DNA of 64,000 nt. Source: Candidatus Methanosuratincola verstraetei (lineage in GTDB: Archaea > Thermoproteota > Methanomethylicia > Methanomethylicales > Methanomethylicaceae). The DNA is taken from contig CP186953.1 of the NCBI GenBank assembly GCA_049570475.1, positions 832,001-896,000 of the forward strand. Reading direction: 5' to 3'. Made by a program: the position numbers and the translations under genes. Positions 29,149 to 38,507 of this stretch are shown in pieces. Below the pieces are notes generated by a model. It did not search any database, had not been told where the DNA came from, and saw only the letters and a list, made by a program, of their open reading frames with translations. How positions within the stretch are numbered: position 1 is the first letter of the stretch; each line of letters begins with the position of its first letter.

Positions 29149-29414
29149 TAGACATGATCCTCGTTTTCTCATTAGGGATGTTCATAATCTCGATTACTCT
29201 ATCAATGTACCGGATGGTCGTTGGACCCACGATCCCGGACAGGATGCTTGCCTTGGATGTGATCTCGTACGGATTAACGGTGGTGATGGGCATAATTGCA
29301 GTGATCTCGGGATCCCCTTACTTGATAGTGATCAGTTTTTCCTTGGCTCTCTGGTTCTTCATCGGTGCGCTGTATGTTGCAAGGTACATGGAAGGTGAGC
29401 AAATTGGTGACTGA
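29145..29414 (+). CDS. mrpF: Na+/H+ antiporter subunit F
   Basis: R...GPT.PDR.LALD; three TM helices. Confidence 0.9.
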   Translation: MIDMILVFSLGMFIISITLSMYRMVVGPTIPDRMLALDVISYGLTVVMGIIAVISGSPYLIVISFSLALWFFIGALYVARYMEGEQIGD

Positions 29415-29757
29415 GATCTTTCTTGTGATAGGCACCTTTCTAGTAGTACTTGGAGGAGCCCTCAGCATCATTGGCGCGATCGGGCTACTCCGGTTCCCAT
29501 CCTACTTTGTGAGGATACATGCTGCCACAGTCTCTGTAATAGGCGGTTCGGTTGTGCCCCTCATTGGCGTGGCGTTCCTGTCCTATGGAATCCACGGTCA
29601 AGACGGTATAGTCACGTCACTCGGCGCACTGGGGACAGCCGCCTTCATCTTCCTAACGGCGCCGGTTTCCTCGCACGCGATAGCTAGATCCGCAGCCCGG
29701 ATGAGGATACCACGCGAACCCCTAGAGCACGACCACCTGGAGGAAGATGGCAGATGA
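29404..29757 (+). CDS. mrpG: Na+/H+ antiporter subunit G
   Basis: GLLRFP...RIHAAT, LTAPVSSHAIAR. Confidence 0.9.
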   Translation: MVTEIFLVIGTFLVVLGGALSIIGAIGLLRFPSYFVRIHAATVSVIGGSVVPLIGVAFLSYGIHGQDGIVTSLGALGTAAFIFLTAPVSSHAIARSAARMRIPREPLEHDHLEEDGR

Positions 29758-30005
29758 TCGAAATGATCGAACTGATCATAGACTTGCTGCTTGCTTTCTG
29801 CGTAGTCCTAACGGCTGCTATTGTCTACACCAAGGACCTCCTCCTGGCAATAGTCTTGTCTGGAGCTGAAGGCGTCCTAGTTGCTACTGTTTTCTACCTG
29901 CTGCTAGCCCCTGACATCGCCCTGGTTCAGGTGGCTGCTGGCGTAGGCATTTCCACGGCGTTCTTCATCGTCGGTCTCAGAAAGATAGGGAGGAGAGAGG
30001 AATGA
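29754..30005 (+). CDS. DUF4040 / MbhD-like antiporter subunit
   Basis: L.APDIAL..VA.G; three TM helices. Confidence 0.85.
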   Translation: MIEMIELIIDLLLAFCVVLTAAIVYTKDLLLAIVLSGAEGVLVATVFYLLLAPDIALVQVAAGVGISTAFFIVGLRKIGRREE

Positions 30006-30772
30006 AAGACTGGAGGGCATCGATCTTAGGGGTCTTTTTCATAGTTTTGATGAGTTCGATCCTGACCTATGCCTTCTTGGGATATCCAGGAATTGGCTTT
30101 GTGAGACCACTGGGGGAGTTTTACCTGTTCAACACTTACAACTTTGAGAACCAGAGCTGGTGGTCCGCCTCACCAAACGCTGTGACCGGGCTGCTTTGGG
30201 ACTACCGCGGGTATGACACGCTCTACGAGACGATGGTATTCTACGTGGGGATAGCTGCCGTTGCCATGTTCTTTGAAGGGCATGCGAAGCTGAGAAAAAC
30301 GGGCGGAATGACCGTCATAGTGAGATCTAGTGCGCGGCTTATCTTTGTCTTCATTATTACCTCTGCATTTGCGATAACGATCTTCAGCATTAAGACCCCC
30401 GGGGGCGGGTTCCAGGGCGGATCCATAATGGCTATCGCCTACATCGCCATAATCGTATCCCTCTCGAGGGGCTTCTTGCCCGAGATGGACTTGGACGTGG
30501 AAAAGGCGCACCTCGCAAAGATTGCCGGGCTCGCACTGATCGCAGGCCTGACAATAGTCCCCGTGGTCTACTCCTTGGCGTCCGGATCAGCCGCTTATGC
30601 GCTGCAGAACCTTCCCAAGGCCTGGGCGCCCTTCGGTTACCCTACTTTCCTTGGTTTTGCTAGCCTCTCGGGGGGTCTTATAATACCGATCCAGCTAGGC
30701 GAGATGATCCACGTAGGCATGGGCTTCACAATTATGTTCCTGCTTCTTACGCTGAAGGACAAGGAGGATTGA
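30002..30772 (+). CDS. mrpB: Na+/H+ antiporter subunit B (MbhE+F-like)
   Basis: NAVT....DYRGYDT..E and TPGGGFQGG. Confidence 0.9.
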   Translation: MKDWRASILGVFFIVLMSSILTYAFLGYPGIGFVRPLGEFYLFNTYNFENQSWWSASPNAVTGLLWDYRGYDTLYETMVFYVGIAAVAMFFEGHAKLRKTGGMTVIVRSSARLIFVFIITSAFAITIFSIKTPGGGFQGGSIMAIAYIAIIVSLSRGFLPEMDLDVEKAHLAKIAGLALIAGLTIVPVVYSLASGSAAYALQNLPKAWAPFGYPTFLGFASLSGGLIIPIQLGEMIHVGMGFTIMFLLLTLKDKED

Positions 30773-30778
30773 TGGTTC

Positions 30779-31150
30779 GTGTTCTCAACCGTCGGGCAGT
30801 TGCCATACGTCCTGGTCGCAATAATGGCTTCGATATGCATCTATGCCGCCCTATTCAAGTCCAACCTCTTCAAGAAGATGCTTGCCATATTCCTCATGAC
30901 GGACGCCGTGAACCTCTTGTTCATCATCCAGGGGTACAGGCTTGGGAATGCTATACCCCCAATTATCCCTCCGGGAATGGATCCGTCTGAATTTGCCTCA
31001 ATAGCCGTCGATCCGCTGGCGCACTACTTCGTCGTCACGGCTGTTGTAATCGGTCTGGCCGAGGTCGCAACCCTGACCGCCCTAATCATCTACACATACA
31101 AGCACTACGGTACGATCGAGACAAAGAAGATCAAGGAGCTGAGAGGATGA
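30779..31150 (+). CDS. mrpC: Na+/H+ antiporter subunit C
   Basis: NL.KK, VDPL....VVTAVVIG, Y.HYGT. Confidence 0.9.
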   Translation: MFSTVGQLPYVLVAIMASICIYAALFKSNLFKKMLAIFLMTDAVNLLFIIQGYRLGNAIPPIIPPGMDPSEFASIAVDPLAHYFVVTAVVIGLAEVATLTALIIYTYKHYGTIETKKIKELRG

Positions 31151-32706
31151 ACCCCCTGCTGTTCCAAGCGCCCATACTGGCCATGTTGCTATGCCTGCTG
31201 GGCTCCTTCCTCTGTGTGCTGCTTGGCATGATCATGGGCAGGCGCGCAGTCGAGCTGCTGTCCGGTGCCATGACCGCGACCACGGTACTTCTTTCATCTC
31301 TTGCCCTCATAAACGTCTACTTGCTTGAGGGCCCTTATGTCTACTACATGGGAGGGTGGCCTCCCCCCGTGGGGATCCCTTATGTAATAGACCGTTTTTC
31401 AGTGCCGCTTTCGCTAGTGGTCTCCGTGATATTCTTTGCAACCATGGTCTACTCGGTGCGTTATTTGGAGAAAGACAGGGACGTAAAGTGGTACTACTCG
31501 CTCAGGTTCCTGATGCAGGCCGGGATGTACGGGCTGCTATTCACGGGAGACATGTTCCACATATTCGTCATGCTAGAGCTGATGGGGCTCTCTGCGATCC
31601 TCCTCGTCCCATTCCGAAAGGAGGTAAAGGCTGCTGTTGAGGCTGGGATAAAATACGGGATATACGACATACTCGCGATCTCGATATACTACCTCTCCAC
31701 CGCAATGATATTCGGAATGTTCGGGAGCATGACGATCGCCGAGATATCTGCGAAGCTTGGAGGTTATGTTTCGCCATTCTCTGGCGGGATGTTTGCTGAC
31801 CCGTCCGCTTTGCCAGTTATCGTCGCGCTGGTCGTCTGGTCCTTCGCGATAGGTGCAGCCATCGTACCGCAGCATTTCTGGCTGCCTGATGCCCATAGCA
31901 TGGCCCCCAGCTCGATAAGCGCAATCCTCTCAGGCCTCTTGGTACAGGTCAACATAGCTGTGCTCGCAAGAATACTATACGATGGGTTCGCAGCAGGATC
32001 GCACCCGGGCGGCGCAGTTGGTCTCCAGCTGCTAGTCATTCTCGGGGTCGCCTCCTCCCTTGTCGGGGCATCATTCATGCTCGTCCAATCTGACATAAAG
32101 AGGCTGATCGCTTACTCCACGATAACCAACCTCGGCTTCATAGCCATAGGCTTGGGCGTCGGCACATCTTTGGGGGTTTCCGCAGCCTACCTCCACATAG
32201 TAAACCATGCGTTCGTGAAGGCCTCCCTCTTCATGATCGCCGGCGTCTTCATCCATGCCACTGGATCGAGGGAGATTGGGGCGCTTCGCGGAATATCAAA
32301 AGCCCTGCCAGGTACGTCGCTTCTCTATACGATAGGGACGCTGGCTGCGATCGGCTTCCCGCCACTGAGCATGTTCTGGAGCAAACTCCTCCTGCTCCTT
32401 TCGGTCCTGAGCGCCGGCGGCGCATATCAATACCTGGTGCTTCCCATGGTCGTTTCGATAGTCTTTGAGTCCATAGCTCAGATCCGACTGCTGGCGGTAA
32501 TCTACTCCGGTGAAAAGAGGGAAGTCAACTGCCACCCGTCGCTTCCTGTGATCCTCTCGATCGGGATAATGATCAGCATAATAGTGGTTACAGGGCTGAT
32601 GCCAGGCTTGCTCTTAGAATTCGGTCATCTTGCTGCCGATGACCTACTGAATGTGAGCGGTTATGTGGATCTGGTTCTGAAATCCTTCAACTATCCGGCT
32701 CCCTGA
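31147..32706 (+). CDS. mrpD: Na+/H+ antiporter subunit D (MbhH/NuoN-like)
   Basis: GGWPPPVGI, TGD.F..FV..E, HFWLPDAH..AP, KRLIAYST, NHA..K. Confidence 0.9.
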   Translation: MNPLLFQAPILAMLLCLLGSFLCVLLGMIMGRRAVELLSGAMTATTVLLSSLALINVYLLEGPYVYYMGGWPPPVGIPYVIDRFSVPLSLVVSVIFFATMVYSVRYLEKDRDVKWYYSLRFLMQAGMYGLLFTGDMFHIFVMLELMGLSAILLVPFRKEVKAAVEAGIKYGIYDILAISIYYLSTAMIFGMFGSMTIAEISAKLGGYVSPFSGGMFADPSALPVIVALVVWSFAIGAAIVPQHFWLPDAHSMAPSSISAILSGLLVQVNIAVLARILYDGFAAGSHPGGAVGLQLLVILGVASSLVGASFMLVQSDIKRLIAYSTITNLGFIAIGLGVGTSLGVSAAYLHIVNHAFVKASLFMIAGVFIHATGSREIGALRGISKALPGTSLLYTIGTLAAIGFPPLSMFWSKLLLLLSVLSAGGAYQYLVLPMVVSIVFESIAQIRLLAVIYSGEKREVNCHPSLPVILSIGIMISIIVVTGLMPGLLLEFGHLAADDLLNVSGYVDLVLKSFNYPAP

Positions 32707-34199
32707 TCCCCCTTAATTAGGCGCATCCTGCGGCTCAGGCTCATCGTCCTTGGGTGGTTGGCCCAGACCTCATCTAGCCTTTTCACGGATGTGTTGTTGG
32801 GGGACCGCTTTATGATCTCGGGTTTTGTATAAGCCGTCTTGGAGATCTCTTCAAGGGCCTCGATGTATCTGTCTATGTTTTCTTTCGTCTCGGTCTCGGT
32901 GAACTCGAACATCAGCGCCTCCTCAACGATCTGGGGGAAATATACCGTAGGCGGATGAAGCCCCCAGTCAAGTAGAGCCTTTGATACGTCCATTGCCGTA
33001 ACGCCAGTATCTTCCTTCAATACCTTGGCGCTCAGCACAACCTCGTGCTTCCTAGTGCGCCCTTGAAACGGCAGCGTGAACCCCCTTATCTCAAGGACTC
33101 TCTTCAGAAAGTAGTTGGTGTTTAGGGTTGCGATCCCGCTTACCATCCTAGCCCCTTTAGAGCCTATCGAGAGCAAGTAAGCATACGCCTTGACCAGCGC
33201 TGGGAACGTCCCATAACCTCCCCTTACCATGCCTATGCTCCGGGGCCTCTCCCACTCAAACCTATATGACCCACCCTCTTCGACAACTAGTGGCACAGGC
33301 AGGTACTCTTCAAGATCCCCTTTCACGCCCACAGGTCCTGCCCCGGGCCCGCCTCCGCCATGCGGCGTCGAGAAGGTCTTGTGCAGGTTGAGATGCACAA
33401 TATCGAACCCCATGTCGCCAGGTCTTGCCCTCCCTAGTATCCCTTGGAGGTTTGCCCCGTCGTAGTACATCAAACCTCCCGCCTCATGCACGATCCTTGA
33501 GATCTCGATTACATCCTTCTCAAATATGCCGAGCGTATTCGGGTTAGTCATCATTAAACCAGCAGTCCTCCTGGAGATCGCCCCCTTCAGCGATTCCAAG
33601 TCAAGGCAGCCGTCGCTACCTGTCGTAACCTCAATCACTGTAAATCCTGCCATCGCTGCACTGGCTGGGTTCGTGCCATGCGCAGAGTCGGGTATTATGA
33701 TTTCGTTTTTATCTTCTCCGCGTTCTTTCATGCATTTCCTGATTATCAGACACCCTGTCAGCTCCCCGTGCGCCCCAGCTGCTGGCTGGAGTGTGAACCT
33801 GTCCATGCCTGTCAGCGCAACAAGCATCCTCTCGAGCTTATGCATTACCTCGAGCGCTCCTTGCAACTCCTCCTCTCTCTGCCTGGGGTGAATCATCTGC
33901 ACAGAATCTTCGGCGGCTATTTCCTCGTTGATGCGGGGGTTGTATTTCATTGTGCAAGATCCAAGCGGATAGGGGCCAAGATCCACCCCCCAATTCATCT
34001 GGGATAGCCTCGTGAAGTGCCTGACGACCTCGACCTCGGAAAGGCTAGGCAAATCCAAAGTTCTCCTGACGATCTTTTCAGGCAATTCGAATGATTCCCA
34101 ATCGAACCTGGGCAGGCTTGCGCCTCGCCTGCCTTCTTTCCCAAGCTCAAATACTAATGGCTCATCATACCTTGACTGGCGGTATGTCCTATTTCCCAT
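32691..34199 (-). CDS. gcvPB: Glycine dehydrogenase (decarboxylating) subunit 2
   Basis: PLGSCTMKYNP, HGTNPASA, HLNLHKTFSTPHGGGGPG (PLP Lys); ATG at 34199. Confidence 0.95.
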   Translation of the reverse strand: MGNRTYRQSRYDEPLVFELGKEGRRGASLPRFDWESFELPEKIVRRTLDLPSLSEVEVVRHFTRLSQMNWGVDLGPYPLGSCTMKYNPRINEEIAAEDSVQMIHPRQREEELQGALEVMHKLERMLVALTGMDRFTLQPAAGAHGELTGCLIIRKCMKERGEDKNEIIIPDSAHGTNPASAAMAGFTVIEVTTGSDGCLDLESLKGAISRRTAGLMMTNPNTLGIFEKDVIEISRIVHEAGGLMYYDGANLQGILGRARPGDMGFDIVHLNLHKTFSTPHGGGGPGAGPVGVKGDLEEYLPVPLVVEEGGSYRFEWERPRSIGMVRGGYGTFPALVKAYAYLLSIGSKGARMVSGIATLNTNYFLKRVLEIRGFTLPFQGRTRKHEVVLSAKVLKEDTGVTAMDVSKALLDWGLHPPTVYFPQIVEEALMFEFTETETKENIDRYIEALEEISKTAYTKPEIIKRSPNNTSVKRLDEVWANHPRTMSLSRRMRLIKGDQGAG

Positions 34200-35541
34200 T
34201 TGCCCCCTCCCCCATGGCCCTGGCAAGCCCGTCGATATCCTCCTTTGTGTGGACCTCCGTGACCGCAAAGAGCAGCGCACTCAGACCGAAATCTTGCCTT
34301 AAGTCCCTTCCTCCAGACAATCCTGACCCCGCCAATCTTGAATTGATCTTGCGGGGGTCTTCTGTGGCTATGGCAAAGTCCCTGAAGTGAATTCCAGAAA
34401 ACCGTGGCGCGAATCCAGCTTTCTTCAGAGCATGCAGTGCATAATCGGTCCTAGCAAAAATCCCCCTTGCCAGTTCCCTCAGCCCCTGCTTGCCAAGGAG
34501 CGAGAGATAGATCGCCGCAGCCGCCGCAAGCAATCCTTGGTTGGTGCAGATATTCGATGTAGCCTTCTCCCTCCTGATGTGTTGCTCTCTAGTCGAGAGC
34601 GCGAGCACAAATCCCCTCTCCCCCCCTTCGAACGCCCTTGTCATGCCCACAATCCTGCCTGGCATCTGCCTAATTAGCGAGCTCTCCAGCCTGCATGCCA
34701 TTATCCCTAGGCTGTTCCCACCAAAACCGGGCGCGCTCCCGAGCGGCTGCCCTTCGCCCACGGCTATATCTGCCCCATATTCGCCCGGAGGTTTGATCAT
34801 GCCCAGTGAAATCGGATCCGCCCCGACGATGGCAAGACAGCCTTTCCTATGTGCCGCCTCTGTAACCTCTTCTATGTCCTTGTCTATGGTTCCAAAGAAA
34901 GAGGGATTTTCTACATAAACCGAGGCCGCCGTCTCGTCAATCTTCCCAAACAGGTCGCTCCTCTCTAGCTTGCCGCTGCCATCATATGAAACCTTTACAA
35001 GATCAATACCATGGGGCTCTAGGTAGTTGCTGATTACCGAGATCCTCTCACGAGGGAGCGATGCTGGCACAAGTGCTTTCTTCCTCCTTGTGACCCGGCA
35101 CGAGAGGAGGATCGCTTCGCCTATTGCTGTAGGCAGATCATAAAGGGAAGAATTAGCCACATCCATTCCATAGAGTTCGCACACCAAGCTTTGATATTCG
35201 AAAAGCGTCTGGAGCATGCCTTGGCTTATCTCTGGTTGGTATGGCGTGTATGACGTGAGGAACTCGCCCCTCGAGATCAGGTGCTTTACAACGCTGGGGA
35301 CAATGTGGAACCAGGGTCCTCCGCCTATGAAGCACTTTCTGCCGTAAACGCGGTTCTTTGAGAGCTCCCCAACAACTCGTGACTTTACCGCCGCCTCATC
35401 AAGCGGCTCATCATTGAGCTCCACTCCGATTGCCGATGCCGGCAGATCTGAGAATAGCTCCTCAATGCTAGAAATCCCTGTGATCTGGAGCATCAGTCCA
35501 AGGTCCAAGGAGGCGTTTGGGATATACTGATGCCACTCCGT
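34189..35541 (-). CDS. gcvPA: Glycine dehydrogenase (decarboxylating) subunit 1, start uncertain (ACG at 35541?)
   Basis: YIP N-terminal motif, EFLTSYTPYQPEISQG, REQHIRREKATSNICTN. Confidence 0.93.
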   Translation of the reverse strand, partial: TEWHQYIPNASLDLGLMLQITGISSIEELFSDLPASAIGVELNDEPLDEAAVKSRVVGELSKNRVYGRKCFIGGGPWFHIVPSVVKHLISRGEFLTSYTPYQPEISQGMLQTLFEYQSLVCELYGMDVANSSLYDLPTAIGEAILLSCRVTRRKKALVPASLPRERISVISNYLEPHGIDLVKVSYDGSGKLERSDLFGKIDETAASVYVENPSFFGTIDKDIEEVTEAAHRKGCLAIVGADPISLGMIKPPGEYGADIAVGEGQPLGSAPGFGGNSLGIMACRLESSLIRQMPGRIVGMTRAFEGGERGFVLALSTREQHIRREKATSNICTNQGLLAAAAAIYLSLLGKQGLRELARGIFARTDYALHALKKAGFAPRFSGIHFRDFAIATEDPRKINSRLAGSGLSGGRDLRQDFGLSALLFAVTEVHTKEDIDGLARAMGEGANGK

Positions 35542-35608
35542 AGTGAAAACCCCTATCTTAATATTTGAGGATGTATGATAATTAATCTTACATTGCGAGG
35601 TCATCGAA

Positions 35609-36856
35609 TTGTCCAGAAGTGCCGCTCTGCCTATACTGCTGATCGTCTTGATCTTGTCTGGGATTAGCCAATGCGGTTCTGTGTTTGCGGTTGGATCGAA
35701 TGTAGATAGGACAATAATCGTTGAGCCATCATACCAGATATACGAAGATCACTTCAGCTTGGCAATGCCTTCCGACAACTTCACCGTATCCTTCACACTC
35801 CCCTATTACCAGTCGCTTTATTCAGCCCAGGCTTTCGGTCCCGACAACTCGACCCTGAACGTTTTGGTCTCCTGGGAGGCGACCAACGGGAGCCTTAGCC
35901 TCCTCATAGAGACAGGGGGCCTCTCCTCTTTCACACTGAAGACCATCTTCCACTACACAACTTTCATTTCGAACGGCTCTTACACAACCTACGTCAACCT
36001 GTACCCGACCGTTGAAGAGCCGGTCTCTGCTTCCACGCTTCTCCTTATACCTGCTGGTGCCCAGCTCTCGAGCTACCCTGAGAATCTTTCCCTTGCCTCG
36101 ATAGGTGGGAGGACTGCTTTGGTTGGGGGCTCCAATTTGGTTCCGCACGAGGCGCATAATTCCACGATTGTTTACAACGGCAGTTTTGAATTGATTGAGA
36201 TAAACGCTCTCGAAAGGATCCTCAGCGTATCATCAAACGGTTTAGCTGTTACCGAATCAGTTCAGCTGACAAATGTAAATCTTGATAGGATCAATAATGT
36301 CACAATCAAAATGCCGCCCGGCGCATCATCGCTGAAGGTGTATGACTCTATTGGCTACATGGATTACCTTTTAAACGGAGACCGCCTTAATATACAGCTC
36401 AGGTCAAGGCTGCTCCCAACAGAGAAGTCATCTTTCACTATATCTTACGAAGTGCCTTACAGCATCGCTTTCCAGAGCAATGGCGGAAAGGTCATCTTGA
36501 ACCAAACGCTTCTGCCTGAGTGGTGTAATTTCCTCGTCAGGAATTTCAACCTAGTTGTCAGCCTTCCCCAAGGATCTACACAGGTTGATTGCTTGGGGAT
36601 TGAAATGGTTAATGGGAGCAACGGGTTCGAGTTTAGGGCTTCAGCCTCAAACATAACTCCGTACTCCAACAGATCTTTTGTGATCTCTTTCACCCCTCCA
36701 CCGTATTCAATCCCCCCCTGGGTGCCATTGGTGTCCATCATTATCATTCTGGTCTTGGCTTCAGTCATAGTCGCCCTCAGGAGAAGATCAAAAGAGGCCA
36801 CCCCTCCAGAAACCCCTCCTACTCAGCAGCCAAAACCAAAGCGGACTAGGCAATGA
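35609..36856 (+). CDS. Ribophorin I (OST1)-like type I membrane glycoprotein
   Basis: Signal peptide, beta-rich ectodomain with LER.L.VS / PPGA....YD.IG / FTISYEVP / VSLPQG segments, C-terminal TM + RRR; 12 N-x-S/T sequons. Confidence 0.65.
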   Translation: MSRSAALPILLIVLILSGISQCGSVFAVGSNVDRTIIVEPSYQIYEDHFSLAMPSDNFTVSFTLPYYQSLYSAQAFGPDNSTLNVLVSWEATNGSLSLLIETGGLSSFTLKTIFHYTTFISNGSYTTYVNLYPTVEEPVSASTLLLIPAGAQLSSYPENLSLASIGGRTALVGGSNLVPHEAHNSTIVYNGSFELIEINALERILSVSSNGLAVTESVQLTNVNLDRINNVTIKMPPGASSLKVYDSIGYMDYLLNGDRLNIQLRSRLLPTEKSSFTISYEVPYSIAFQSNGGKVILNQTLLPEWCNFLVRNFNLVVSLPQGSTQVDCLGIEMVNGSNGFEFRASASNITPYSNRSFVISFTPPPYSIPPWVPLVSIIIILVLASVIVALRRRSKEATPPETPPTQQPKPKRTRQ

Positions 36857-37233
36857 ATTCAAATTTTTTACCAAAAATCTAACCAAAATCCGGCGCTTTT
36901 TGTAAAACCAGTTGCTGCCATCATAGGACCCTGTCGGCGTTCATCAAAATCAATTTTTTTGGCAGTCGAAACAACAAGATGCCCCAGAAATTATCCGATC
37001 ACTCGGTCTTTCAATAGCCACCGTCTGAAAACTTAAAATGTCGCAACAAAACCATCAAAATACAATACCGCATATTTAATTCATTGTTGGGGGCTCGGCT
37101 TTAAAATCATTGACTTTAAAAAACACATGTGATTAACAACGTCAGTACCAATAATTATGATTTTGTGGCATCTCCTATTCTTTCCGGATCAACAACCGAG
37201 AATGGTTGGCATTCAGCATTTCTGCCAGTCCAT

Positions 37234-38178
37234 TTACATTTGAAAGTTTGTTTTATACCAAGCCAGTGTCTCAGCTATCCCCTTCTCCAGTGGGTATGAC
37301 GGTTCAAAGCCAAGGTCTTTCCTGGCTTTGGAGATGTCTGCGTATGAGTCTTTGATGTCTCCTTTCCTGGGCTCCATGAATTCCGCTCTAAATTCAGAGC
37401 CCGCGGCTTCGGATATCGTCCTGGCAAGTTCCAGTACCGAAGTTCTTTTCCCTCCTGCAATGTTGTAGACCCCGGTGGCAGTCGACTCCGCGGCGATTAT
37501 GTTCGCCATTACCGCGTCCTTGACGAATATGAAATCCCGTGTCTGGCTCCCGTCTCCATGTATCGGAAACGGCCTGCCCTCCAGTGCGCAGACAATGAAC
37601 CTCGGCACAACCGCCGCATACTCTGAATTCGGGTCCTGCTTTGGTCCGTATACATTGAAGTACCTGAGGGAGACCGTCTTGAGCCCATAAAGCTCTGTGA
37701 ATATTCTACAATAGTGCTCGCCGACGAGCTTCGTTAGCGCATAGGGGGAGATTGGCCTGCATTCCATCTCCTCCCTTTTTGGGAGCTTCTTGGTGTCCCC
37801 ATAAACCGAAGATGATGAGGCAAAAACGACCTTTCTGACACTGCATTCGCGGGCGGCCACAAGGACATTCAGCGTCCCTTTAATGCCCACTTCGTTTACA
37901 CTTATGGGGTCTACTATGGATCTAGGCACGGATGGTATGGCTGCCAGGTGGAAGACAAAGTCAGTCCCCTCGAAAATCCCCCTCAAAACATCAAGGTCGG
38001 TCACGCTGCCCTTTACCAATTTGGCAGCCCCTGTCGATACCAGGTCCTTCAGGTTCTCGAGCTTGCCTGTCGAAAAGTCGTCTACGATGACAACTTCGTT
38101 GTCTATGCTCAGCGCCTCGGCTAGATTTGACCCTATGAACCCTGCGCCCCCAGTTACTACGGCCCTCTTGCCCCTCAT
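37234..38178 (-). CDS. NDP-sugar 4-epimerase (GalE/WbpP-like SDR)
   Basis: TGGAGFIGS, YALTK, RYFNVYGP, SEYAAV, TRDF. Confidence 0.93.
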   Translation of the reverse strand: MRGKRAVVTGGAGFIGSNLAEALSIDNEVVIVDDFSTGKLENLKDLVSTGAAKLVKGSVTDLDVLRGIFEGTDFVFHLAAIPSVPRSIVDPISVNEVGIKGTLNVLVAARECSVRKVVFASSSSVYGDTKKLPKREEMECRPISPYALTKLVGEHYCRIFTELYGLKTVSLRYFNVYGPKQDPNSEYAAVVPRFIVCALEGRPFPIHGDGSQTRDFIFVKDAVMANIIAAESTATGVYNIAGGKRTSVLELARTISEAAGSEFRAEFMEPRKGDIKDSYADISKARKDLGFEPSYPLEKGIAETLAWYKTNFQM

Positions 38179-38200
38179 GAGAACACCCGAAGCCTGATTG

Positions 38201-38276
38201 TGGTAGCCCGGAGGAGATTCGAACTCCTGTCGGCGGGGCCAAAGCCCGCCATGCTTGACCGCTACACCACCGGGCT
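38201..38276 (-). tRNA. tRNA-Gln(TTG), encoded CCA
   Basis: Reverse complement AGCCCGG...GCGGG-CTTTGGC-CCCGC...GTTCGAATC...CCGGGCT-A-CCA. Confidence 0.96.
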
Positions 38277-38507
38277 GTTTGATTTGACCATGTTTTTACA
38301 TATTATTCTTTTGGTGCCTCAGGGCTTAAGCGGCGCCTCTCCATTTCCAATGGCATCTGATCCCTGCCGGTAAATTGCCGCCCGATTTCCTGATTCCCAC
38401 AGGGAGGTCACCAAACGAACGCATGGGCAGGTCAAAAACTCTTATTAGTGGGAGCCCTTCAGAGACATCAGAAACCAACCGCCAATACAAAATCAGGTTG
38501 ATCAAAA

